A stretch of DNA of 64,000 nt. Source: the human T2T-CHM13v2.0 reference genome, Homo sapiens. The notes beneath the pieces were generated by a model, which ran no database searches, was not told the DNA's origin, and saw only the letters and a program-made list of their open reading frames with translations. Where the stretch lies: the NCBI RefSeq assembly GCF_009914755.1, contig NC_060925.1. The stretch is one strand, 5' to 3'. The position numbers and the translations under genes were made by a program. This document shows, in pieces, positions 14,934 through 27,648 of this stretch. The stretch's first letter is position 1. Each line of letters starts with the position of its first letter.

Positions 14934-15406
14934 GGTTGCAGGACAATTCTATGGATGGCCTTGCACCAACCCGGTTCTCCCCTCTTTCCTGCTTGTAGGT
15001 CTCAAGAACAACTATAGCATGTGCTGTAAATGCAGCATCTTGAGCTAAGAAGGGACAAGGTAGAACAGATCAAGCTCTGCTCTAGTCTCCCCTAGAAACA
15101 GAGATTCCTTCAACACTTTAGCCCAATATGTCCTATGACCCTGGGGTATAAAATCCAGGGCAGGCTGCTTCCCTGAATCCCCCAGCTGTGATGCCAGTGG
15201 GATGCCCCCATTAGTGATACCATCCATGCCTGGGCAACTCTCCTAAACCTTGGAAGACTGGCCCACAATGGGTCTTAGGCTCCTGTTTTCCCTACTATCT
15301 ATCTGTAAGTAATAAACCTGCTTCATGCAACTTGTTGCATGTAAGCATGTTTTGTCTCACCAGACCCAGACAAGCTGGTAACTGTGCACAATGAGTCTGC
15401 TTCACA
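14934..15406 (+). mobile_element. Solo ERVL LTR (LTR32-like), antisense to DPYD
   Basis: gttgcaggacaattct...ctggggtataaaatccaggg...tatctgtaagtaataaacctgcttcatgcaacttg...ctgcttcaca. TATA at 15147-15153, AATAAA at 15311-15316, ends in CA. Confidence 0.8.
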
Positions 15407-15529
15407 GAGCTCTCTGCCCAACCACATTTAATTCACCCCCACTGTAAACAAATCATCCCTTCTTTCAACTGATCTCTCTTCTTTTATCCACACACCATAC
15501 ATTTGATACCCACCACAACACAATATCAT

Positions 15530-15760
15530 AAAAGGCAGTATGGTTTAATGGATTCTGGATTTAAATCCAGCTCTATTATTAGCTTTGTGATCTTGAGAAA
15601 GTTATTTAAATCCTTTGTGTCCCAGTTTCCTCATCTAAATTGCTAATTATAGTCTAGACATCATACCATTATAGGGAGGATTAAATAAATAATATATGTG
15701 GAACATTTGGAACAGTTCCTGCCATTAATGAGTGCTCAATAATGTAAATCATTTGTATTA
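15530..15760 (+). mobile_element. MIR SINE
   Basis: tttaaatccagctct...agctttgtgatcttgagaaagttatttaa...cagtttcctcatct...gagtgctcaataa. Confidence 0.7.
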
Positions 15761-16962
15761 TAATCTAGGAACAATGCAGAATACAATGTGGGAAATGAGC
15801 ACTGTTTTTTAATAGCCACTTGGAAGTATAGAGCTATGGTGAAAACTGTAAAACAGGGACTACCACATCAGTTACTGTGAAAATAAATGAGGTAATTATG
15901 ACAAGCACCAACATCATATTTATAGTAGCTGCTCAATAAATGTTAACTAGAAAACATGATGAAAAATGTCTCAATCTCCCAAGCCAACCAAGGGGGAACA
16001 CGGAAGGGAAGTAGTATGTTGAATAAAAATAAACTGTGTAACCAAAGAGATCATAATAAAATTGTAAATATTACGTGCATCTATTAGGATTATAATGAAA
16101 GCAGCAGCCATACCACAAAGCCAAACATAAACTGATCTCCATAGATACCCCATTTGCACGATGAGTTACATTACACAATGACTTGGCAATCATTATCTTA
16201 TAGCGCAGGGTGGTGGGAGCAGGCAGGGAGGCCAATGAGTCTCCCTTTGTCAAGGGAAGATCTCTGATGGAAGTTTGATTTTTGCCTCGTTTATTCCTCA
16301 CATCTAAAATGGATATTTTTCCAAAACATGAATGCCTTCCATATGATGAGACAACACTAAAATTTCTGCTTTAATTAAACAGAAAGAAGAAGAGAAACTT
16401 ATTTTAAAATAATATTACAGAAATTTTTCTTATGTGCCACCTTTTCATTAAGCTGTGAAATTTCTCACCTGCTCCCTACTTGGTATTTTTTTAAGGTGAA
16501 CTTTTCAGAACAACCCCACAGAGAGGAAATTGCTTTGCAAGCTAGGAAGATATTAATCTGTTCTCCCAGCATCATGGGTGCATAAATCCTTTCATATTGA
16601 AGAGGTGTTGTTAAAGTTCTATATATAAGATGACAGTACAGTATTGACTTTAGTAATGCTAATACAAAAGCAGTATTTTCAGTTAAATATGCTATATTCT
16701 TTCAATTTTCCTGCCTTTACTTTTGCTTTTCCCTCAATAGAAATGCGTGCTGCTCATTCCCACTCCCTATCTGGCAGGTTCCTGGGCATCCTTCAAGACA
16801 CAGCATTAGGTGTCATCTCCGTTGAGAAGCTTTCCTCAACTACCCCCCACTCCTCCTAAATGTTATTTTTTTCTTATTCATATCCCCATATTTTTCAAAC
16901 TATAATATAATTAATTTGTAAGCTAACTGTATCCCCAAATATCCTGATAGGTCTCAAGAGGA

Positions 16963-17330
16963 CATTCATTCATTCAACGAATATTGTTTGAGTACCTGTT
17001 AGGTCCAGGGTCAAGGGAAAATGATGGCAAGTAATACAGAGACAGATTCTTTCTGTAACTCAGAATTAAACAAGTGAACAAACAAACATTGCATTGTAGA
17101 CTAAGCTTAAATCATGATAGCACAGCACAGTGAGATCAGGGGATCAGGAACGTCTTCCTGCTAAGTCAAAAAGAAGCAGGAGTTAGCCAGGGTGAGGAGA
17201 CAGTGGAAGAGGCAGAAGAGATGTGCAAATACCATCAGATGCAGGAGGCCCAGCATTTGGAGGCTCTGAAAGAAGGCCCTGGTGACTGAAGCAGGAGGTG
17301 AGTCCAGGGAGGCTGATGAGGGCAAGGAAA
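16963..17330 (-). mobile_element. L2 LINE 3' end
   Basis: cattcattcattcaacgaatattgtttgagtacct tail followed by L2 body. Confidence 0.6.
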
Positions 17331-19629
17331 ATGCCAGGTTAGTCTTGCATTTTCAGCAGCAGCCACACCAGGTGTTCAACAAATGCTTTTTGAATAAATA
17401 AATAATAATACTAACAAAGATAACGATGCCATTGTTTGGCTTTTGAGGATATGCGTTCCTATCTTGAAAAAACTGAAATTGTTAGAAGGTAATTTACCTC
17501 CCATTACTATAAATAGGAATATTTTTGCCTTGTTAAGACTTTCCCCTTTTCATATACTTAAAAATAATGTAGACAGCTATAATTCAGTATTAAATACAGA
17601 ATATAAAGTATTTATGATGCAAGTAACTAGAAAAACACACATCTTACATACATCAGCTTCCAAGACAAGTATTCACAATATGTAGGAAGTTCCACTGTGG
17701 ATCCAAGGGGATGTAGATGGTACAATCTCTTTAGGAAAAAAATGATCATTATTTTCTACATAGTGTTACCAAATGAATACCCAATAAGGCAGCTTGGCGC
17801 TAACCATTTCTTTTGTCTGCACTACTGAATTCTCATAATACGCACTGCCTGAGAAATGGAGCGCCTGCCCCTTTTTGATTATCTCATTTATAGACATCTC
17901 CCATCACAAAATACTTCAGTCATAGGGCAATCAAAGATACCTATAAATAAACTCTTGAGGGAAGACAAATAAGAAAATCTAACCCATAATTGTCCCTCTG
18001 CATTGAAAAAACACTGGACAAATAATGCAATCTGGCTGCCATTCTGTTATCAACAAATTATATAACCTTTAACAAACTACTTAACCTCTGCTAAGTGAAA
18101 CCTCATTTTTAGCTATGAGCAATGGGTGTATGATTAGGTGGTCTTTAAAGTGCCTTCCAACACACAAGGGCCATTACCCCATATCCTCTTCACATATGTC
18201 AAAAGTGTTATCAGATTATGAGAGCAAAAAAAAAAAAACAGTTTCATTTTAGGGGAAATTGATAATCACCAAAATTTTAAACTCTGAATGTTTCTTTACA
18301 TGAGAGACATTAATCTTTCAATAAGAACATAGTTGAGGCCTCTCCTAAAATTTCATTAGCAGTGAAACCCTTATTTTAAAAAGAATGTGAATAACTTGAA
18401 TGAAATCCAATCCACAGCAGTAAAAATGATAAAATATTTGACAACTCTAATCTGGTCCAAAATATTTGGCTACATTAAGTGATTAGGATATAGAATGTTT
18501 CCAGCTTCTCCACCCTGTAGTTCTTGGCAGTCCGACTAGTAAAATTTTGGAATAAGTCCTTAAGAGAGTTATTTAAGTTCAATTTTGAGAATCAGGCACT
18601 GACCTTCACTACAGTCAGCAATTTCCCATTTATTTCTATCCCTATCATGTCATTTTAGCCTCCTGCACAGGAAACATCAAGCTTCTTTCTAGAAAGTATA
18701 AGACAGAATAACCAAAAGATCTGGTCTGGAGCCAGAAAATAAGAGTTTATATCCTGTCCCTGCTACTTGGAGGCTGCAGGGCTTGGCTAAGCCACTTAAT
18801 CTTTCTAACATTCTCCATTTGGGAAATGAGACAATATTTACCTTAGAATCATGAGAATCCAATAAAGTACACAAAGTGTTGGGGCAAGCAGCTATTCAAG
18901 ACACAGTTATTTATTCACTTATACATGGTTTGCTGGTGTTCATGCCCATTCCACCAACAACTTACCTGCAGTGTACTTCTGTGGGACTAAATTTTTTGGC
19001 TTGTGTTTTGCTTACTTGCTGCCCAGTCTGTATACCAGCGTTACTGCATCCTACCAAAACAAAGCTTTGCTGCATTGGTGTTCAGAAATATTTCACTAAA
19101 TACCTTAAAGTTCTAAGAGCCCAACGCATTTGTTGACTAATCATTAGGTCAGATTTCTTATTCCTCTTGTCCTACTTCCCTTCATGTTTCTGGTTAATGC
19201 TTCTTAAAATTGCTAAAACCTTGGCTTTTGAGTCTTTACTGCCCATTTAGCTTTTAATATTATGCTCACCGACTCTTAGGCAATCCAACAAATTTATCCA
19301 TATGGCTGCTTCTGACCTCACAACCATCTTTGATATTTCTTTTTCCTGCTAGCCATCAAGTTACACATAACAGTGGAAAACAGCACTTATCCAAAGTAAC
19401 ATTGAAATATTTCTCTTAGAAGACAAGCAAATTTTTGTTTATTATTGTGTAGAAACCATTCAGTACTGGTATTTTTTCAGCTGTGCTTTGTTTTAGATGA
19501 ATATTTGTAAAACAAATAAATATTACATTGTATTGCCACCTTCTACAATCTTTTATGTATTTTTTGTTGTCCTAAATTGATATACTGTTACTAAAGGCAT
19601 GATTCTGATTTAATTCACTTAATAATTAC

Positions 19630-20100
19630 ATATTTATTTATTGAACATTTCCTAGATACTTACAATGGGACAAACACTATACTATGCACCAGAGTTTCAA
19701 AGATGATCAGAATGTGATCCATAACTTACACAATAACCATATTATTGGACAGCAAATACTTAAATATCCATTTATGGATATATGGGACGTGATAAACTAA
19801 AAGCATGTGCAAAAGACTCTAAAAACACGCAGAAAGGAATGGGAAGAAACAAGATAAATGTCCCATAGAAAGTGGCTTTTGGGATGAATCTTAAAGAACG
19901 ATGTCTTCAACAGAGAACGGAAGGAGGTGTTTTGGTGGAAGAAGCAGAATGGGCAGAGGCATAGAATATAGAAGTACGTAAAGCACTCAGGGAAAATCTC
20001 TGTTCCTCGGAAGAGTTAGGATAACAGATACCTGAGAGAGGGTAGCTGGAATGAAATTCTAGTCTGTATTGGAACTCAGTTTTACTAGTCCTCTAAGAAT
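19630..20100 (-). mobile_element. L2 LINE fragment (appears to resume at about 22175-22370)
   Basis: atatttatttattgaacatttcctagatac...actatactatgcacc...ggatgaatcttaaagaacga...gggcagaggcatagaa. Confidence 0.55.
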
Positions 20101-20200
20101 TTTGTTGTAAAACTTTTATTGGAAGCCCATCTTCATTCCAAATATACAGCCATATTTGAATCTCTCTCTCACACATACACAAACACACCCCACATATATA

Positions 20201-20523
20201 CAGTTGATCCTCCCGTATCAGTGGGTTTCACATCTGCAGATCCAACAAACTGTAAAGCAAAATATTCAAAAATAAATTTCAAAAAATAAAAAATAGCAAT
20301 ACAACAATAAAAATAACATGAATTTTAAGATACAGTATAGCTATTTATATTTGTATTTACATTTTTTAGGTATATGAGTAATCTAGAGATGATTTAAAGT
20401 ATACAGGAGGATGTGGAAGGATGTGTGTAAGTTACACCCAACTATTAAACCATTTTATATCAGGGACTTGAACATCAGCTGATTTCAGTATCACTGGGGA
20501 TCATAGAACCTTGGTGGACGACT
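20201..20523 (-). mobile_element. MER2-family TcMar-Tigger element
   Basis: ta|cagttgatcctcccgtatcagtgggtttcacatctgcagatccaac...gtaatctagagatgatttaaagtatacaggaggatgtg...cagggacttgaacatc...gacgact|ata. Confidence 0.8.
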
Positions 20524-21009
20524 ATAATGTCAAAGTACAGAGGGCACCTAAAGAACAACTGAGATACTTCAGGGATCAGAGAAGAAACAAAGACACAGGG
20601 TAGCAAGCATAACTGAAACTACAGGTCTGAAGTGCTCCAGGTTCTGAAGCAAGCAGAGATAGCCTAGAATCAACTCTGCTAGTGTAATTGAGACCAAACG
20701 TCCCCTGCCTCAGGTGGGGGACTGTAGTTAAGCTCCTTGCTTCAAATCGTGGGCCAGGTGGATAGGACTGATCTTCCCATGCAAGGGGTTAGAACAACAC
20801 TGAAAGTCGTGCTAATTAGGATAATATAAAACCGTATGCCAAAGAGAAAGGAGGAATCCAACACAGATGTAGCTTGAATCTAAGGTGTAGGTCCAGCCAC
20901 CCCTCGTGTGGTTTCCATAGATAAAACATCAACACAATTATCAATGGGACTACTCCCAGAGCCACCAGTTTAAGACATGGTTCTACATCAGGTGGCTTAA
21001 AGTCCATGT

Positions 21010-22170
21010 TGAGGCAATCACAGAGTTGTTAGTTCATCAAGATAAAAACAAATAAACACAACAATCACCGTAGATGCACAAATTCACAAAATTTCTAAAA
21101 TGATACAAGGAAAAACTAATACCAAAGAAGACTGCCAATTATAAGAAACAAATTTATTACAAAGTGAAAAAGGAGCAATCTGAAAACGTCTTTAAAATTA
21201 CTGTTTAAAATTCTCATAAGAAAAGAAAAGAAAGGAGGTACTACTATCCCTTAATGACAAAACGAGAATATATGAAACAAAATGAGCAGAAATTAAAGAG
21301 AAATGGAGGGTACTAAAATAAGCCAAGCAGAAATTCTAAAGATAGAAAATCCTGACATTACAGCTATTACTAAAAAGCCAAAAAGTAACAGATGCTGGCA
21401 AGGTTGCTGAGAAAAGGGAATTCTTACACACTGTTGCTGGGAGTGTAAATTGTTCCAATCATTGTGGAAAGCAGTGTGGCAATTCCGTAACTGAAAACCA
21501 AACTACTGTTCAATCAAGCAATCTTATTACTAGGTACATAAATCATTCTACCATAAAGACACAACTATGCATATGTTCACTGCAGCACTATTCACAATAG
21601 CAGAGACGTTTAATCAGCCTAACCACCAACACTACACTGGATTTTTTAAACAGTGTTATATATACACACCATGGAATACTATGCAGCCATGAAAAAGAAT
21701 GAAAGCATGTCTTTTGCAGAAATATGGATGGAGCTGAAGGCCATTATCCTAGGCAAACACACACAGGAAAAGAAAATCAAATACTACATGCTATCACTTA
21801 TAAGTGTGAGTTCAACACTGAGTATATATGAGCACAAGGAAGGAACACAAGGACACTAGGGCCCACTTGAGGGTGGACAGTGGGAGGAGGGTGAGGATCA
21901 AAAAACTACCTATCATGTACTATCCTTACTACTTGGGTGACAAAATAATCTGTACACCAAACCCCAGTTTCACACAATTTACCTAAACAACAAACCTGCA
22001 CATGGACTCTTGAATCTAAAATAAAAGTTAAAAAAAGAAAAATCTGTGATTGAAATGAAAAAGTAAAAGATGAGGTACATTCCAGAGAGGACATAGTCAG
22101 AGAAAAATTTAGTGAATTGGAATATGTTACTGGAGAACTCATATAAAATGTACCACAGAGTGACAAGATT
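21010..22170 (+). mobile_element. Old L1M/HAL1 ORF1-like remnant interrupted by the L1PA at 21361-22036
   Basis: A-rich ORF1-like sequence (gaaattctaaagatagaaaat ... agaaaaatttagtgaattggaatat) on both sides of the L1PA. Confidence 0.5.
21361..22036 (+). mobile_element. L1PA (old, L1PA15/16-like), 5'-truncated: ORF2 end plus 3' UTR
   Basis: aacagatgctggcaaggttg...atggaatactatgcagccatgaaaaagaatga...gggtggacagtgggaggagggtgaggatc...aacctgcacatg...taaaataaaagttaaaaaaa. Confidence 0.9.
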
Positions 22171-22679
22171 AACACCTTTATATCCGAGGATAAGAATTTT
22201 AGATATTATTGTACAGATAAAGGAGAGCCATTAAGGTTATTATTCAGAGGATGCTGTAGAAACTCAATTCTGGTGTCAGTATAAGGAATGAGTAGCAGGT
22301 TATTGTCATAGTCCTGCCAAGGAATGATAAAGTCATGAACAAATAGCTGATAGAAGGAATGGAAAGAGACCAATTATTTCCCCCTGCTTTTCTCTGTAAC
22401 TCCATTAAGTCAACCTTTATATTTTAAAACTGCTTAGATTTTGTTAAAACTTGATTAGTCATTCTCTAAATCCTCTCCTTCTTAACCTTAGATTCTCTCT
22501 CCACATTTATTCCTGTCTTCATCCTTTCTTTCCAATCTACTTAGCAGAGAACTTCAGTATTTCTTGACTAGAATATAATTGTCTTTTTTTCCCAAAAAGA
22601 TGTACACCTCCAATTTGTTTTAAGCATAGCAGCCATAACATTTTCAAAGAACTGTCAAATCAAGCTCACACTCCCGAAA

Positions 22680-22915
22680 TAGGGTAGTAGAAATAGCAGT
22701 CTCTTAAAAGTAAAATGGACTTAGATTCAAATCCTGATTATTCTACATATTAAATATGCGTCGTCACAACTGCTGTGAGCCTCACTTTCTTAATCTGTAT
22801 TAAGTGGCATAAAAAGCTCCTTCTTCCTAGAGTTATTATGAGGAACAAAGGAGATTAAGTCTCTACAGAGTCTAGCAAAGTGTTTGTAAAGTAGTAAATG
22901 TCCAATAAATATTTT
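22680..22915 (+). mobile_element. MIR SINE
   Basis: gacttagattcaaatcctg...tgagcctcactttcttaatctgta...agagttattatgagga...ccaataaat. Confidence 0.6.
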
Positions 22916-25229
22916 GCTATCCTCATTAACACCCAGCATGAAAGGTATTTCCTAATATTCTTGACTGAGAAAGAAAAGACCAACACCTCCATTGTGCCTT
23001 ACTTTTCTGTTTATATATTTGATTAAACTAATTTATGGACACATCTATCTCCCCCTACTAAATTGTAAAATCATTTCAGAGCAGGGCCCATATTGTATTC
23101 CTTTCTGTATCATTATATTTCTAGCACAGTGCCCAGTTAATAGGAGGGGATTAATAAATGTTAGATTAACAAATTATTGTAGATAAAGTCTAATTTATCT
23201 TCCACTCAGTGCCTATACATGCAACCAATGTTTTTTTTTAATTGCACAATACAAACTTCTTAAATTATTGTTACCTTCTCTTCCTCTTTTTTCTGTTTCT
23301 CTCATTCCCTTTAGTTTTCTTCTTCTGGCAAAAGCACACCCAATCTACCTTCATTGTGTCCATCAAGGCTGACCTATCCCTTCTCTGAACTCCTCCATCA
23401 AGAAAGGAAAATGAAAGGATTTTAACTATTATATCCAACAACATACTCTTGTTTCCTAGTCTAGTTTGTCATACACAGTAGGAATTCAAATTTGTTGAAC
23501 TCACCTGAATAATCTTGCCTATTGATTAAAATAGTTCTTGCATAGGGGTAAAATGCACCATATAAAAAGGTAATGCATCTTTTAAATTATTGTGATTTAT
23601 TAATTTGATTATTTTTGATTTATGTTAGGGTATTTGAAAAGAATATTTTAAAATAAAAAAGGCATCAAAATTCTCAATATTCATCCAAACATTTATTATG
23701 AATCTTATTTTTCTCTGAATGTAAAGCTTCATACTAGCTTAATTAGTATGCATTTATTGTGTGTGAAAACATCCTCAAGGATTTTCGTTTTCTTCCAGTC
23801 AGGTCACAATTGTTTGCACTAACAGTTACTACATATTTTATTAATTCAGAATGAACATAAAAGTAGGATGTCATCACTGTATTCAAAAAATAATAACACT
23901 GCTGACAGAACCTTTTGTGGTGAGAAGGATGGCATGAGACGGGAGGAAAGACAAAGTTGATAAAGAGGAAACAAGGGTCAAAGCAAACTGAATAGGAAAT
24001 AAAACCGATGAAGGGGTAAATATAAAACAAAAAGTGAAAAAAGGAGGGAAGATTACATAAAGTAAAGAGAGAAAAACAAGAAAAGAGAAAATTGGAGAAT
24101 AAAGAAGGAAACAAATTATAAATGCATAGTTAGATCCATAAAATTCTAGCACTAGGAAATTAAAATATAGTATAATGTAAAATGACTGTCTTCCCAACAC
24201 AGAGATTTTTAATATTTTCCCATTCCCTACTCAGAAATTCTTGTATAATTCCAAAACACTTAAAAGGAGATCTGTATTTAGATTTTAACTATCTATTCTG
24301 GTTTAGTACAAAGGTGACATTACATCTGCACTACATGTTCAAGTTAATAATAATGAATACTTTTTAGCATTTGTCTTTCAGTTCTAAGCAAAAAAATAAA
24401 CTTTTAACTTTATCACTTTACACAAAGTTAATTGTCCAATTTTCAGTTCCCATATTTTATGTGAAAAGAAGTAAACTAGTTCTATTTATAATTAACTTAC
24501 ACTTTAAAGAATTTTTAAACTCTAGGGAAAATATCTTTTTCCTAAGAATAAACTTTAACAATACTTTATTATGATCTGAAATGCTGATTTATAAATAGCT
24601 TCACCATATTTTACGTACCATATTTGTTTTAGAGATTTATTACGTACTTCTCCCTGTAGACTGAAAATTATTTGAAAGCGATGTTAATTTTAATTTATAT
24701 TATATCTCTCATCCTGTGAACAGTGCCCAACAATTTATACATTCAATGAATATTTGTTGAATGAATTAAGGAATAAATCAATGAGATGTTATAGTTTAAG
24801 TATACTTTGATTAAGTTCTACGTGAACTAATATTCTCATATGTTTGACATATTTGTATGTATTTCTTCCATTTGAATCTACCTATTACTACCAGGCCAAT
24901 CTTCTTTAAATATTTATTTCATAATGGTATTGCCCATTTCCTAAACATTAAGAGGACCAACTCTTTCTAAAGCTTAAAAATATAAATGCCTTGACCTTTT
25001 TCAGTCACAGATTTTAATTCTATACAACGCCTTCACTCTTGAGTTTTACTTTTAGTTTCAAGCATTGTCATAAACTCATTGTGGGAGTTGTTTATAGAGT
25101 TTTGGGGAAGGAAATGCTTTTCTATTTTATGTTTCATTGCTTGGATATCTAATCCATTTATCAACAAAGTATTTTCAGAAATTTGTGTTTAATATATTTC
25201 TTTGGTCTAAGGCTATATAGAGAGGCTAC

Positions 25230-27648
25230 TAGAGCACTGTGCCCATCAGCCATTACTCTGAGGCAGATCACTGGAGCTATTCAGGTATAAGCTCACAGGA
25301 CACAGAACCAGCTATGTAAGACAGCAGCTAGGACAGTCAACACAGAGAATCTACCCCAGGAATTCCATATTCCATTTTTACTTAACAGCTCACACCTCCC
25401 AGGTGGGTTTAGGAAATGAACAGAATAGTTTGACAGCCTTACTCCTTAGGAGGCACTGGCAAGTCATCAGAAAATTGGCTGAGATCAGTTGAGCCCAGTG
25501 TAGACCTGCAGGACTGTCCACCTCACCCTTAGACTTGTGAGCAGTAATACATGCACGTTGTTCTAGGCCACTGGGTTGGGAGTGGTTTGATCTACAACAA
25601 CAGCTAGTTGATGAAAGACTGTGTCTACAAGTACAATAATATGTAACACAAACCTAAAATATGTGGCACTGGCTCTAGGATCAGGTAGTAAGCAAAGGCT
25701 GATAATTGATGCAAAAGCTAAAAAGACGATAAGTGAACTATTATCAAAGGCTGAATAATGAAATGATCATGTGTGCTGGAAGAATGGTGACCTGTGTTAT
25801 GCAGCAGCAAATGTAAAACTGTTGTGGCCAGGTGCGGTGGCTCACGCCTATAATCGCAGCACTTCAGGAGGCCAGGGCAGGCAGATCACCTGAGGTCAGG
25901 AGTTCAAGACCAGCCTGACTAACATGGAGAAACTCTACTAAAAAAACACAAAAAATTAGCCATGCGTGGTGACACATGCCTGTAATCCCAGCTACTCAGG
26001 AGACTGAGGCAGGAGAATTGCTTGAACCCAGGAGATGGAGGTTATGGTGAGCCGAGATTGCGCCATTGCACTCCAGCCTAGGCAACAAGAGAGAAACTCA
26101 GTCTCAAAAAAAATAAATAAATAACTGTTGCCTGTGGTAAATTTAAAGTAAGATAATATACCTAATGGATTTATGAAGTATGGTAAGATAAGTTTTTAGA
26201 TATTATATTCAGAATGTCAGTTGGTTTTATTGCATGTGATAAGGTATATTGATAAGGAGAGAATCAAAACAGCACTCACCCATTTGCAAGCAGATTTTAG
26301 AGGGAATATAGAGAGGCCAAGGATTGCTGAGTTGGAAAATAAAATTGTTTTTCCTTATAGTCTTCCCATTTGGCAAAAGATCATGTAAAATGAGGCTTAA
26401 AGACTATGATCAAATTAAGGCTGTGGCCGTAAAACCCTTTGTTAACACCTCTGAAAGAATTAAGTGGTGCCCAACAGGGGAAAGGAAAGGGGAAGGGTGC
26501 TTCTAGAAATCTTAAAGAGTGGTCCCACAAATGTCAAATCCCTAAATAGCAGTAGTTAAGTGTGTACAAAGAAGCATTCTTGAAAATAATTGTAGTATGG
26601 ATTTTGCAGCAGAGAGTAGAGTATAACCAGACTTAAAGAAAACACACAAAGTTTTACAGTAAGTTTCATAGGTAAAATAGCCATCAACTAAATTGTCTGC
26701 AACTTTCTATAGGAAAGAATAAGTCTAAGAAAACTAATCAGGTGCCAAATAGAACATTTCTTCAGAAGTGGCCCAGGAAAGTGATAGACTACGAAGGTCA
26801 TCATAGAGGGTAGAGCAAAAGGGTACCATGTGAAAAAATAAACAGGGAAGTTACTCCCAAGGAGCAAAGGCAGGATTTAAGAAACATTTCCTATTCTGTA
26901 GATGAGGGACTTGGTAACATTTTTCTAGCATGATTTCAGAATTACTACTGATCGGTGATTGCTAGGTAGCTCCTGTTTTTCCCCTTTTTGGAGTTACATC
27001 TGAGAAGCCACATCAGAACTTCATGTAGTATAGGAGACCCTGGAATTAACATGATGTTAGAACTGGATTCAATTTCTGGGTTTGGATTGGGCATATTTTT
27101 TCCTTTAGGAGAGACATGTATAACTGAGACCAGGGATGGTAGTCTTTGATAGACTTGAGACAAAATGAGTCCATTTTTTTACCCTTCCCTGTATTCATAA
27201 CCTTTGCAATGGGACTTTGCAGCTCTTCTTATCAAAGGGTAGGCTTTTTCCCTACTCTGTGAATTTAAACTGAGACAAACTGCTTTGACCAAGAGAATGT
27301 GGCAGAAATAATGGTATGCTCATTCTGAACCTCAGCCTCAAGAAACTCTGCATGTTCCTCTCTGGAACCCTGCCATTCCTATGTGAGCGACTCCTAATTT
27401 GTCTGACGGAGGATGAGAGACGACAGGGAGAAGAGTCCACGTGATGGAGCCAAATCTACCAGACTACTCTACAGGCAGCAAATCCCAAATGTGTGAAAGA
27501 GTTCAGTCAAGATAAGCAGAACTACCTACACAATTCAGCCCTGACAGGATGCATAAGTATACTCAAGTAATAATACATGTTTATTATTTGAAGCCACTGA
27601 GTTTGGGGCTGGCTTTTTTTTTTTTTTTTTTTTGCAGCAGTTAACACA
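25230..27648 (+). mobile_element. MaLR (MLT1F/H-like) LTR-internal-LTR remnant
   Basis: 5' LTR end ttgttctaggccactgggttgggagtggtttg...cagctagttgat at about 25560-25612. MLT-int hallmarks aacctaaaatatgtggcactggct, ctggaagaatggtgacctgtgttatgcagcagca, ccgtaaaaccctttgttaa. 3' LTR at about 27143-27648 (ccttccctgtattc...tgctttgaccaagagaatgtggcagaa...aagccactgagtttgggg). Confidence 0.7.
25826..26122 (+). mobile_element. AluSp-like, inserted in the MaLR internal region
   Basis: Diagnostics cctgactaacatggagaaac and ggcaacaagagagaaactc; TSD aactgttg at 25817-25824 and 26123-26130. Confidence 0.93.

Noticed and set aside
18960-18985. Recursive splice site (AG|GTAAGT) in the long intron
   Set aside because: No polypyrimidine tract directly upstream of the CAG on the minus strand; better explained as a pseudo-exon donor.
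21653-21859. ORF HTMEYYAAMKKNE...
   Set aside because: Decayed L1 ORF2 C-terminus, not a gene.
23743-24200. Hydrophobic Phe/Leu-rich ORFs resembling membrane proteins
   Set aside because: Reverse translation of an A/G-rich low-complexity stretch.
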